A stretch of 64,000 nucleotides of DNA from an uncultured Planctomycetia bacterium (GTDB lineage Bacteria > Omnitrophota > Gorgyraeia > Duberdicusellales > 4484-171). The position numbers and the translations under genes are program-made. The stretch spans positions 14,936-78,935 of the forward strand of contig CAZWON010000002.1 of assembly GCA_964635565.1 (NCBI GenBank), in the 5' to 3' direction. Shown here piece by piece: positions 18,570 to 27,160 of this stretch. How positions within the stretch are numbered: position 1 is the first letter of the stretch; each line of letters opens with the position of its first letter. The notes under the pieces were generated by a model. That model was not told the DNA's origin. It saw nothing but the letters and a program-made list of their open reading frames with translations, and searched no databases.

Positions 18570-19439
18570 TTAATAATGCACGGTAGTAAAGATTTTGATT
18601 AAAAACAATGCTATCACTTGAAGGACTACCGCTGTTACCAAAAGCATTCTCCCCAAATCGCTCTGAAACATTATCTCAAAATGATGAGGATCCATTTTAT
18701 GCACCACTATAACAAATACAACTGGTAATATAGAGATAATCCCTGCCTGCATTCTCCCTTGAAAAGTCATAATCTTCATCTTATCATTTACTTTTTTTCT
18801 TTCCCGGATAGTCATAATGAGACGGGAAAATACTTTCACCAAGTTACCTCCTGTTTCTTTACCAATCACAATAGCTGTAGTCATAAGTTTTAGATATTCG
18901 GAATTAATCCGTTTGTTTAACATTTTTAAAGATTCCTCTAAAGATGCCCCTATTTTGTGTGCTCTTAATACCAGCTCAAACTCATCCTTTAAAGGAGGAA
19001 TACTGATGCTAACCATTGACTCAATAGCCTGAACAAAACTCAATCCTCCTTTGAGAGCATTGGAAATCTCAACTAAACCATCAATGAGCTGTTCATTAAA
19101 GCTCTCTATTCTTCTTTTTTTAAGTATTCTTAAGAATAAAGATGGAACAACAAAACCAATTGCAATTCCCATCACAGTAGTAAATACTGTCTTGGTCAGT
19201 ATATAGGCTATAATTCCTAGAACAAAAGGAAAAATTATTAAAAAAAATCTCAATTTAGAGGAAGGAGTGTAAAAAATATCTTCCAATTGAGAAGAAAATC
19301 TCTCAACTCTTTTATGGTGCAGATGGCTTATTTTTCTCAAATACTTATAAAAAGGTAAAGAGGGAAATGCCTGCGTAAACAGAAGTACAGCACCTCCTAC
19401 AAAAATGAGCGAGCTTGACAAAAGTAATCCTGGACTCAT
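18570..19439 (-). CDS. tadB: Tad pilus inner-membrane platform protein TadB-like (T2SSF/GspF family).
   Basis: LVEISNALKGGLSFVQAIESM...GKETGGNLVKVFSRL is typical of TadB/CpaG. Confidence 0.65.
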   Translation of the reverse strand: MSPGLLLSSSLIFVGGAVLLFTQAFPSLPFYKYLRKISHLHHKRVERFSSQLEDIFYTPSSKLRFFLIIFPFVLGIIAYILTKTVFTTVMGIAIGFVVPSLFLRILKKRRIESFNEQLIDGLVEISNALKGGLSFVQAIESMVSISIPPLKDEFELVLRAHKIGASLEESLKMLNKRINSEYLKLMTTAIVIGKETGGNLVKVFSRLIMTIRERKKVNDKMKIMTFQGRMQAGIISILPVVFVIVVHKMDPHHFEIMFQSDLGRMLLVTAVVLQVIALFLIKIFTTVHY

Positions 19440-19448
19440 TATTCCTCC

Positions 19449-19637
19449 TTAAGGCTGGTATTGACGACCATAACCAAACACATCAACTGAGGCTTTCCAC
19501 TTCCCGCAAATTGCTTTTTTCAAATAACCCTGCACCATAATTAGTGCTAACACTATAGTTAGGATAAATACCCCATACTCTATAAGAGAAACTGCTCTTT
19601 TATTTTGTAATTGTCTGGTCTCTAATTTGTGTAACAT
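19449..19637 (-). CDS. flp: Flp-family pilin paralog (62 aa).
   Basis: NKRAVSLIEYGVFILTIVLALIMV has a hydrophobic core after the conserved EY. Member of the tandem array. Confidence 0.6.
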   Translation of the reverse strand: MLHKLETRQLQNKRAVSLIEYGVFILTIVLALIMVQGYLKKAICGKWKASVDVFGYGRQYQP

Positions 19638-19917
19638 CTTCCTCTATATTCTCGACAGTTACTAACCCTAAATAATTCTCTCCATTTATGGTGACATTAT
19701 CTATATAACTATTCGTTGTACTATAAGAAGTTACGCTATAAGTAGAAATTGAATTTATCCCTTCTGTATCATACAACATCCCTAAGGAGTCTGATTGTGT
19801 TTTAACTCTTCCTGAATAAGCTCTTTTTAAATAAATACTCATCAGAACCAAACTGGCAGATATCACAGCAACCATCACACTATACTCCAATAATGTCTGG
19901 CTTCTTTTAATCTTCAT
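19600..19917 (-). CDS. flp: Flp-like pilin paralog with C-terminal extension (105 aa).
   Basis: MKIKRSQTLLEYSVMVAVISASLVLM. Confidence 0.55.
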   Translation of the reverse strand: MKIKRSQTLLEYSVMVAVISASLVLMSIYLKRAYSGRVKTQSDSLGMLYDTEGINSISTYSVTSYSTTNSYIDNVTINGENYLGLVTVENIEEDVTQIRDQTITK

Positions 19918-20239
19918 GCTCTATTTCTCCTTGCCAGGATGAAGAAGTTGCTTCTATAGAGACCTTGCTCTCTGAATCTATCATATGGGCGGTTGCGTTT
20001 TCCTCTATGGTTTTATTTTCATTGCTCTCAGTTGTTGTCTGGGAACCTAAGCTGAAACTTTTTTTAGGATTGAACTCTATAGAATACTGTTTTCCCTCGC
20101 TCATTTGATCAGCCTGATATTTCACTACAGACTGAATACTTCTCTTTATATAAGTCTGCATACTAATTACTGCTGCTGTAAGAACACTTACTAAAATTAC
20201 ATATTCACCAATAGACTGTGTTTTTAGCTTTACTCCCAT
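19907..20239 (-). CDS. flp: Flp-like pilin paralog with C-terminal extension (110 aa).
   Basis: MGVKLKTQSIGEYVILVSVLTAAVISM. Confidence 0.55.
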   Translation of the reverse strand: MGVKLKTQSIGEYVILVSVLTAAVISMQTYIKRSIQSVVKYQADQMSEGKQYSIEFNPKKSFSLGSQTTTESNENKTIEENATAHMIDSESKVSIEATSSSWQGEIEHED

Positions 20240-20706
20240 AAATTTTCTTGTTTTAAACTCACTCCTGAAAAACTGTCTGTATAGCTTGTTTTTGTATACT
20301 CGTCTTCCAATAGCTCATCTTTAACTTCTCCATTAAACTGAAAAGTCCTTCTTGTATGAGAAAAAGAATGGGTTGATTTTACAAGATTACTATGTGAAGG
20401 AGAAAACTGAATTCCTAAAGCATTAGCATCTTTCATTAATCTTCCTTGATTGGCTGTTTTTATATAGACAAAAGAAATCACCATAGAAACCCCAATTAAA
20501 GCAATCAATACCCCATATTCAATTATAGCCATAGCTTTTCCAGATTCTTTTCTTTTTTTTGTATAGCCAAAAGAAGATATGTGTGTGCTGTAATTATTAA
20601 TAATTTTTCTAATACCCTTGTTCAATTTTAATCTCCCTCTCTCTGAATTTCTTAGAAATATCTTCTCAGAACCTAAAATAGCTTTTAGTCTAGAAAGCAT
20701 TACCAC
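20230..20706 (-). CDS. flp: Flp-like pilin paralog with C-terminal extension. Start uncertain: possibly a TTG after RBS AGGGAG, giving about 133 aa.
   Basis: KKRKESGKAMAIIEYGVLIALIGVSMVISF motif. The track ORF starts further upstream. Confidence 0.45.
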   Translation of the reverse strand: MVMLSRLKAILGSEKIFLRNSERGRLKLNKGIRKIINNYSTHISSFGYTKKRKESGKAMAIIEYGVLIALIGVSMVISFVYIKTANQGRLMKDANALGIQFSPSHSNLVKSTHSFSHTRRTFQFNGEVKDELLEDEYTKTSYTDSFSGVSLKQENLWE

Positions 20707-20709
20707 CTT

Positions 20710-21033
20710 CTAATTCCACCCATCATCCTGAGTTGAATCTATTCCTGTTATCCTCTGGCCCCTCGTAGTTGTATTAGTAGAAAATGTATGTTGTATATCC
20801 GAAGCGCTATGACTTTCCTTACTTTCCTGATAAGTTTCTGTCTCTATATTCTCAAAGATATAATATGGGGTATACTGGCGAGGCACCCCTGCTATCTCTG
20901 TTACAAAATCACTTGCTCCTTTTAATCTTGCCTGATAACCCCTTTTAATAAAAGTCTGCATAGCGATAAAAGCACTTATCACTACTCCTACTAAAAGGGC
21001 ATATTCAGTTATGCTCTGTGCTTTCTTATTCAT
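20710..21033 (-). CDS. flp: Flp-like pilin paralog with C-terminal extension (107 aa).
   Basis: RBS GGAG, then ATG MNKKAQSITEYALLVGVVISAFIAM. The track used an upstream TTG. Confidence 0.55.
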   Translation of the reverse strand: MNKKAQSITEYALLVGVVISAFIAMQTFIKRGYQARLKGASDFVTEIAGVPRQYTPYYIFENIETETYQESKESHSASDIQHTFSTNTTTRGQRITGIDSTQDDGWN

Positions 21034-21035
21034 TA

Positions 21036-21197
21036 TCAATGGTCTCCAATAATATGTGATATTTTATCTCCCAAGGCATTATAGTAAGTATCAAGCCCAT
21101 TTTTAATAGAGCCCTTAAATCCTATTATCAAAGCCAAAATAATAGCAGTAACCATCAAAAGATACTCTACTGTAGCCTGACAACTTTTACTACACAT
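21036..21197 (-). CDS. flp: Flp pilin (53 aa), missing from the ORF track because it is under 60 aa.
   Basis: RBS GGAG. MCSKSCQATVEYLLMVTAIILALIIGFKGSIKNGLDTYYNALGDKISHIIGDH read by hand from the reverse complement. Confidence 0.55.
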   Translation of the reverse strand: MCSKSCQATVEYLLMVTAIILALIIGFKGSIKNGLDTYYNALGDKISHIIGDH

Positions 21198-21199
21198 AC

Positions 21200-21574
21200 T
21201 TACTCACTCCAAATATCAGATTCATTACCTTTAAGGTTGTAATTGATTCCCCAGTCTTTCTTACTGACCTGCCCTCCCTTATAATTGAGATCTATCTCGC
21301 TCTCTAAGCCTAATCCGCTATCAACCAATTGTGATTCTGACCAGTATCCACTACCAATAGCATCACTTGACCCTGTGGTTTCATTTGAACTGGCCTGATC
21401 CCAGCTATTGCTCGTATAGTTTGCTCCAAAATGTTCAGTGCTTATGCTATCTGCGGAACTCTTAAATCTACCACTAATAGCTTGTTTCACGTATCTCTGT
21501 GCTATTATTACAGCAGCAAGAAAGACAGCAATTAACACTGCATATTCTGTCATACTTTGTGCCTTTTTTCTCAT
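21200..21574 (-). CDS. flp: Flp-like pilin paralog with C-terminal extension (124 aa).
   Basis: RBS GGAGGTGAG, then ATG MRKKAQSMTEYAVLIAVFLAAVIIA. The track ORF is extended 5' to 21703. Confidence 0.55.
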   Translation of the reverse strand: MRKKAQSMTEYAVLIAVFLAAVIIAQRYVKQAISGRFKSSADSISTEHFGANYTSNSWDQASSNETTGSSDAIGSGYWSESQLVDSGLGLESEIDLNYKGGQVSKKDWGINYNLKGNESDIWSE

Positions 21575-21608
21575 TCTCTCACCTCCGCTCTGTATTTCTT
21601 CTATTACA

Positions 21609-22007
21609 TTACCTCTCTTCTTCCCATAAGTTATCAGCGGTATCACGAAGCGCATGCTGTTTAGAAAATCCCCCACTTCCTCTTCCACTAATCTCACTGC
21701 CACTGATATTAGCTACATAATCATTATTTACGTTGATATCGGTTTTACTGGCCTGTTGAGTTTGATATTGTGATTCTAAATAGTAAGGTTCGTACTGCTT
21801 TATGCTCTTAAACTCTGCTGTTACGTCTGTCATATTTTCAGCTGTCATTGTAAAAGACGGCTGAGTCAAAGCATTTACTCCTGCAGCTGTTCGAGCCTGT
21901 AAACCACGTTTGATATATACCTGCATTGCCACTGCCGCAGAAATAACCACACCCAGAATAATTGCATATTCCGCTGTTGATTGAGCTTTTTTTATCCTTA
22001 TTAACAT
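21609..22007 (-). CDS. flp: Flp-like pilin paralog with C-terminal extension (132 aa).
   Basis: MLIRIKKAQSTAEYAIILGVVISAAVAM. Confidence 0.55.
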   Translation of the reverse strand: MLIRIKKAQSTAEYAIILGVVISAAVAMQVYIKRGLQARTAAGVNALTQPSFTMTAENMTDVTAEFKSIKQYEPYYLESQYQTQQASKTDINVNNDYVANISGSEISGRGSGGFSKQHALRDTADNLWEEER

Positions 22008-22032
22008 ATTACCCCCCTTTTTTTATGGAATA

Positions 22033-22230
22033 CTACTCCTCACTTAACCCCATTTTACTGCTTATCTCAGTAGAAGCTTTGTCAATAATCTGTCCTGCAG
22101 TATCTGCCATCTTCTCTGCTTTAGGCTTAATAACACTCTTGGCAGCATAAATAAATGCTAATATCAATGCGGCAGCAAGTAAAGTATATTCCACAGTAGA
22201 TTGGCCGTTTTTCTTTAACTTCATAAACAT
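22033..22230 (-). CDS. flp: Flp pilin (65 aa).
   Basis: RBS AAGGAGG with a 5-nt spacer, then ATG MFMKLKKNGQSTVEYTLLAAALILAFIYA. G at -5 relative to the EY Glu matches the G/XXXXEY TadV site. Confidence 0.6.
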   Translation of the reverse strand: MFMKLKKNGQSTVEYTLLAAALILAFIYAAKSVIKPKAEKMADTAGQIIDKASTEISSKMGLSEE

Positions 22231-22249
22231 AAAACTACCTCCTTTTATT

Positions 22250-22414
22250 TTAAGATGCTTCACTTTCTGCTTCTATATTAATCTGATCCTCAATAAGCTT
22301 AAGATTTGCCTGCGTCGCTCTCTGGACATAAACACTCATTGCCACAATAGCTGCAGCTACAACACTTACTAACATTATATACTCAACAATACTCTGAGAA
22401 GCTCTTTTCACCAT
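22250..22414 (-). CDS. flp: Flp pilin (54 aa), missing from the ORF track.
   Basis: RBS GGGGG. MVKRASQSIVEYIMLVSVVAAAIVAMSVYVQRATQANLKLIEDQINIEAESEAS. Confidence 0.6.
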   Translation of the reverse strand: MVKRASQSIVEYIMLVSVVAAAIVAMSVYVQRATQANLKLIEDQINIEAESEAS

Positions 22415-22415
22415 C

Positions 22416-22595
22416 CTACTTTACCCCCATCTCTTCCATCTTTCTAACAAAGAAATCTTCGCTTTCTTCTTTTACTCTCTGGATAGCATTATTAAAACCC
22501 AAAACCGTTAAAATAATAATCAAAGCAAACGCTAAGAAATATTCAACTACTGCTTGAGCTTTTCTTTTCCTTTGAATATTTTTATCTGACCTCAT
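22416..22595 (-). CDS. flp: Flp pilin (59 aa), first gene of the array, missing from the ORF track.
   Basis: MRSDKNIQRKRKAQAVVEYFLAFALIIILTVLGFNNAIQRVKEESEDFFVRKMEEMGVK. An AT-rich 770-bp promoter region lies upstream. Confidence 0.6.
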   Translation of the reverse strand: MRSDKNIQRKRKAQAVVEYFLAFALIIILTVLGFNNAIQRVKEESEDFFVRKMEEMGVK

Positions 22596-22913
22596 TCTAT
22601 TCTAATTACCCCTCTATTTTAGAAACAAAAACGATTTACTCCCTCTTTCTGTTATTCATCCACACTGTTATTACAAATAAATACTCGCTTTTTAAGATTA
22701 TTCTTTTATTGCCTCCCGCTGACCACTTCAATATAACATATTAAATAATAGAAAAACAAGGGAAAGGAACATTTTAATGAAAGCGTTTTCTTATCTGAGA
22801 AAATATAATTAGTTAGTATGATTAATTATTCTAATAGACAATAAAAAGATAACAAAAAGGGGATAATTTCGGATATATTAAAGCTAACAGGCTCAACTCT
22901 TCTCTATTCTATT

Positions 22914-22945
22914 TTTAGGCCTATTTTTAGGCCTAAATATAGGCT
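22914..22945. promoter_or_regulatory. Candidate operator upstream of the pilin array. Palindromic AGGCCT hexamers as direct repeats at about a 12-bp spacing (TTAGGCCTATTTTTAGGCCTAAATATAGGCT).
   Basis: Seen directly in the intergenic region between the cpaF-like gene and the first flp. Confidence 0.3.
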
Positions 22946-23370
22946 TTGTAGAAATACTCATACGCTTTTGGATAATTTTTCTTCTCTAAATATACTCTTC
23001 TTAGTATCCTTTACTCTTATAGAAAAATAAAAATGCTATCCACAGAAGTAAATTTAACTTCGCTCTTATTATGAATCCTTTAAGAAACAACATTTACCTG
23101 CTAAAACATAAATTTTCTATTAGAAGTAACGGGTTTGATGTCTTGGCTATAGGAATTAATACTCTTTTATCAGAAAGAAAAAACTCAAAAGGGGAATAAC
23201 AAGAGCTTCTTTATAAAATCTTGCCAAAGCAAATCTATTTTTAATTAGAGAACTTCATTTGAAACATTATTGCTGGCGAAATAGTTAATCCCGCAAGCAT
23301 TATAATAAAAAGAATAAAGTCAACTTTCTTCAACATATTCTACTTATTATTTATATCTTTTCTATCTTTT

Positions 23371-25539
23371 TTAGGTATGAGGAGAAAAAATATCAGAAGA
23401 GAGTTTAATGTCTCGCGAGACAATCTCATCATAGAATGTGGGAATATAACCGGTTGGAGAAAAATCGCCAACAATCTCACCGCCAGGAGCAACACCTTTT
23501 TGTTTAAAAACAAATATATCTTTTAAGTTGGGTCTGCCATTGGGTGTTAATCCTGCGAGTTCAGTAATCTGAATAACTTTTCGTGAACCATCGGATAAAC
23601 GAGCGGTGTGGACAATTAAATCTATGGCAGAGGCAATTGTTTCTTCAATTGCTCTTAAAGGTAACTCTATGCCACTCATAAGAACCATATTATCTAATCG
23701 GATAATAACTTCATGGGTAGAATTAGCATGGATAGTTGATAATGAACCATCGTGCCCTGTATTCATTGCCTGAAGCATATCTAAAACTTCTTTACCCCGA
23801 CACTCCCCAACAATTATTCTATCCGGGCGCATACGTAATGCATTTCTGAATAACTCCCTTATAGTAACTTCTCCTTTACCTTCTATATTAGGAGACCGTG
23901 CCTCTAATCGAATCCAATGGGTTTGAGACAACTTAAGTTCTGCGGTATCCTCAATAGTTATAATGCGCTCGTTAACAGGTATATAGGTAGAGAGAATATT
24001 TAAAAGGGTTGTTTTGCCAGAACCAGTTCCTCCTGAGATTAAAATATTCTTCCGGGCCATAACTACTGCTTCTAAAAATTCCCCCATTTGTGGTGTAAGA
24101 GACTTAAATCTGTTAATCAATTCTTCCATTCCTAATCTTTTGTAAGGAAATTTTCGAATAGTAAGGGTAGGTCCACTTAAAGATAAAGGAGGGATTATGG
24201 CATTCACCCTCGAACCATCAGGAAGACGTGCATCTACATAAGGAGAAAATTCATCAATCCGTCTTCCCAAAGGAGCAAGGATTCTATCAATAATTAACTT
24301 CACTTGTTCATTTGAGATAAACCGTTTGCTGGTAAGTTCGATTTTACCATTTTTCTCAATAAAGACTTGGTCCATATTGTTTACCATTATTTCAGTGATA
24401 TTGGGATCGCGTATCAAATCCTCCAAAGGACCCAACCCTAAAGCTTCATCAACAATCTCTTGAACCAATTTTCTTCTTATCTCCAAAGAAGAAATGAAGC
24501 TTTGAGTTTCTTCTATTAAAATATTATTTACGACTCTTTCTGCTGTTTCTCTTAATTCCTTAGACTTATCTGTATCTAACATTAAAACTTCTACAGGCAT
24601 CCTCTTCAGGTCCATTCGCTCAATTAATTTCCGGTGAACTTTTTCTTTTAAGGTTATAATTGGGTCTTCCTCTCTTGTCTTAACTTGAAGAGGCTCCACT
24701 AATCCCAGATTAACTAATAAACTACTTCCTCCATCAATTACCTCTGCGGGTCTCTTTCTAAGCTTAAGTTCAGACAGCTCTTTTGTAGGAAGATAAATAT
24801 CCTCTCTTTCTAAAAGCTCATCTGCTAATTTCTTTATAGCTAAAGTTACACTACTACGGGAATTATCTAAAACTACAGGAATACCTTTATTTAAAGCAAC
24901 TCCTACAGATTTTCCTTCCGAAGGAATCTGAGAAAAAATCTCTACAGGAAAAACCATCTTTACTTCTCCTACATCCACTCCTCCTCTACTCTCTGCCCTA
25001 TTAAGAATAATTTTTAACATTTTTAAAGGAAAATATAAACTCTGTAAAGTATCCAATATCCACTCAGTATGATAAACGGAAAGGATATCAGGAGTTACTA
25101 TAAGAAATATCAAATTAGAATTATTAAAAATTTTCACCAAATTATCGCTTAGACTTCTACCGCCGTCTATAATAATAAAGTCATAATCCAATTTTTGAAA
25201 TAAGGTTAAGAATTCTTCAATATGTTGGGGTTTAATATGATGAATTAATCTTAAGGAAGATGCTGCTGACAAAAAATCAAGAGAAGAATTTAAAGAAGTA
25301 AAGAAACTTTTTACATCTTTCTTGCCTCCCATAATTTCTTTAGTGTGAGCAATTAAATCTATCAGGGTCCTTTGAGGCTTTATATTAGCCATTTTCACCA
25401 TATCTAAGGGGGCATTCAGGTCTAACGATATAAGTAGAATTTTTTTCTTCTGTAAAGAAAGGCTAACCGCAACATTAAGAGTAACCATGGTTGTACCCAC
25501 GCCACCTTTTGTGCTAAAAAATACAACTGTCTTTGTCAT
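23371..25539 (-). CDS. Fused TadZ/CpaE-like (MinD/ParA-family, degenerate Walker A) and TadA/CpaF secretion ATPase (722 aa).
   Basis: N-terminus VVFFSTKGGVGTTMVTLNVAVSL is ParA/MinD-like. The C-terminal half has a T2SSE-type P-loop ILISGGTGSGKTTLLN plus Asp/His boxes. Confidence 0.7.
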   Translation of the reverse strand: MTKTVVFFSTKGGVGTTMVTLNVAVSLSLQKKKILLISLDLNAPLDMVKMANIKPQRTLIDLIAHTKEIMGGKKDVKSFFTSLNSSLDFLSAASSLRLIHHIKPQHIEEFLTLFQKLDYDFIIIDGGRSLSDNLVKIFNNSNLIFLIVTPDILSVYHTEWILDTLQSLYFPLKMLKIILNRAESRGGVDVGEVKMVFPVEIFSQIPSEGKSVGVALNKGIPVVLDNSRSSVTLAIKKLADELLEREDIYLPTKELSELKLRKRPAEVIDGGSSLLVNLGLVEPLQVKTREEDPIITLKEKVHRKLIERMDLKRMPVEVLMLDTDKSKELRETAERVVNNILIEETQSFISSLEIRRKLVQEIVDEALGLGPLEDLIRDPNITEIMVNNMDQVFIEKNGKIELTSKRFISNEQVKLIIDRILAPLGRRIDEFSPYVDARLPDGSRVNAIIPPLSLSGPTLTIRKFPYKRLGMEELINRFKSLTPQMGEFLEAVVMARKNILISGGTGSGKTTLLNILSTYIPVNERIITIEDTAELKLSQTHWIRLEARSPNIEGKGEVTIRELFRNALRMRPDRIIVGECRGKEVLDMLQAMNTGHDGSLSTIHANSTHEVIIRLDNMVLMSGIELPLRAIEETIASAIDLIVHTARLSDGSRKVIQITELAGLTPNGRPNLKDIFVFKQKGVAPGGEIVGDFSPTGYIPTFYDEIVSRDIKLSSDIFSPHT

Positions 25540-25543
25540 AAAT

Positions 25544-27160
25544 TCATCTTTCTGCTCTATACACTATGGGGACTTCAATATTTACCTCTTCCAAACGCAT
25601 CTGGGGAGAAAAAGGAGGGTAAGATAATTTTCTTACTACTTTTAATGCTTCTTCGTCAAATATCTTATAGCCTGAAGAACGAACAATACTTACATCTTTA
25701 AGTTCTCCTGCGGATGATAGTCTTAAAGATAAAACCAAATTCCCTTCCCACCCTGTATGTCGTAACACGCGAGGATAAGAAATATTACTTAAAATTCTTC
25801 TCTGAACCTGATAAGCATACTCTTTAAACTCATCCGGAATATTAGTCTGGCCGTACAATTTAAATATCCCCCTTTTTGTGGAAAATTCTTCCTGCAAAAA
25901 ATCATCTTCTTTGTCCGCTTTGCTTTCCATATTAATAATATGAGGAGTTAAAGTAATAAAAAGTTCAGTATTTCCCCTTTGACCTGCACCCCCTCCTATA
26001 CTTATGGATCTGTGTCTGAAAAAAGCTCCTAATACAGGAAGGTCTGCTAACCAGGGAAATCTTTTTAAATCCTCATCTGTCTTTTCCTTTATAAGTCCTC
26101 CTATAGAAAGAGTTGCTTTATCTCTTAAAGAAACCTCTGTAGAGATTATCCTCTTTGTTAAAGGATATGCTTTAGCTGTAGGAGCATCAGGATCCCCTAT
26201 AGTTTCTACCGGTTGTAATTCGCTTACTTCTATATCCAATTTAATATCCACCTTATCTCTATTGACTACTTTGGGTTCAATATTTAACTTTATTCCATAT
26301 TCTTTATATTCAATATTAGTACCCTCTCCTTCAGAAGAAACTTCTGTAGCAAAAATGGGAACTTCTCCTCCTATAAGAAGGCTAGCGGTTTTACCGCTTC
26401 TACACACCAATCGGGGACGAGACAAAATTCTTGCCTCGCCTTTCTGAATTAATAAATCTAATGTGAAGCTAAAAGCAGAGCGTGTCCAGTCAGAAACGTG
26501 AAGTAATGCTGAAAGACCTGTTACTGCCTGGACAGTTGGCCCGCTTGACTCTGTAAACTTAATAGCACTGGGCATATCAAACCCTAAGGTTCTAACGGCA
26601 TCTTTGCTTAATTCTAACACCTGCACTTCAATCTCTACACTTGATTCTTCTTCCCGCACATTAATAAAATCTAAAACTTTATCTTTAAGTTTCCCTAATG
26701 CTGCCATAAGTCTATTTTTCTCTTCTTCTGTTTTTACTTCTCCTTTTAGCAAAACCTTATTCTCGCTGTCTAAGGCTTTGGTATAAATATTTAAAAACCC
26801 TATATTTTTTAAAAGATTATCAATTCTTTTCTTAATCAATGCCATATTCTCCTTATATACTTTAACTTCTATACTGTGGTGCCCAAATTTATCCCACCAG
26901 TTAAAAGAAGTTTCTCCTTCGGTTTTACCTACAATAGTTATATCTTTTTCTGTAACATTAACCACATCTATTACCTCAGGATTACCAATAGCAATACGCT
27001 GGGGGCTGTTTACAGAAATTACTTTCTGTTCATTTACATATAAAACAAGAGTTGTTTCATCGCTACTAAATAAATCCTGGAAATTTTGAGAAAAAAGAAA
27101 TGAACTGTTTCCTAAAAATATTACACAAAAAAGAATAATCTTTAAATATGTTTTTTTCAT
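25544..27160 (-). CDS. cpaC: CpaC/RcpA-type secretin with a C-terminal TonB_C-like domain (538 aa).
   Basis: Signal peptide. QRIAIGNPEVIDVV is a pilus-formation N-terminal motif. Secretin core LLIQKGEARILSRPRLV...FPWLADLPVLGAFF. C-terminus YPRVLRHTGWEGNLVLSLRLSSAGELKDVSIVRSSGYKIFDEEALKVVRKLSYPPF matches the TonB C-terminal fold. Confidence 0.65.
   Translation of the reverse strand: MKKTYLKIILFCVIFLGNSSFLFSQNFQDLFSSDETTLVLYVNEQKVISVNSPQRIAIGNPEVIDVVNVTEKDITIVGKTEGETSFNWWDKFGHHSIEVKVYKENMALIKKRIDNLLKNIGFLNIYTKALDSENKVLLKGEVKTEEEKNRLMAALGKLKDKVLDFINVREEESSVEIEVQVLELSKDAVRTLGFDMPSAIKFTESSGPTVQAVTGLSALLHVSDWTRSAFSFTLDLLIQKGEARILSRPRLVCRSGKTASLLIGGEVPIFATEVSSEGEGTNIEYKEYGIKLNIEPKVVNRDKVDIKLDIEVSELQPVETIGDPDAPTAKAYPLTKRIISTEVSLRDKATLSIGGLIKEKTDEDLKRFPWLADLPVLGAFFRHRSISIGGGAGQRGNTELFITLTPHIINMESKADKEDDFLQEEFSTKRGIFKLYGQTNIPDEFKEYAYQVQRRILSNISYPRVLRHTGWEGNLVLSLRLSSAGELKDVSIVRSSGYKIFDEEALKVVRKLSYPPFSPQMRLEEVNIEVPIVYRAER

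Noticed and set aside
21575-21703. 5' extension of track ORF 21200..21703. Similar 5' extensions at 22231..22263 and 58703..58729.
   Set aside because: Internal ATGs preceded by GGAGG-type RBSs give N-termini matching the Flp leader motif or L35 MPKLKT.
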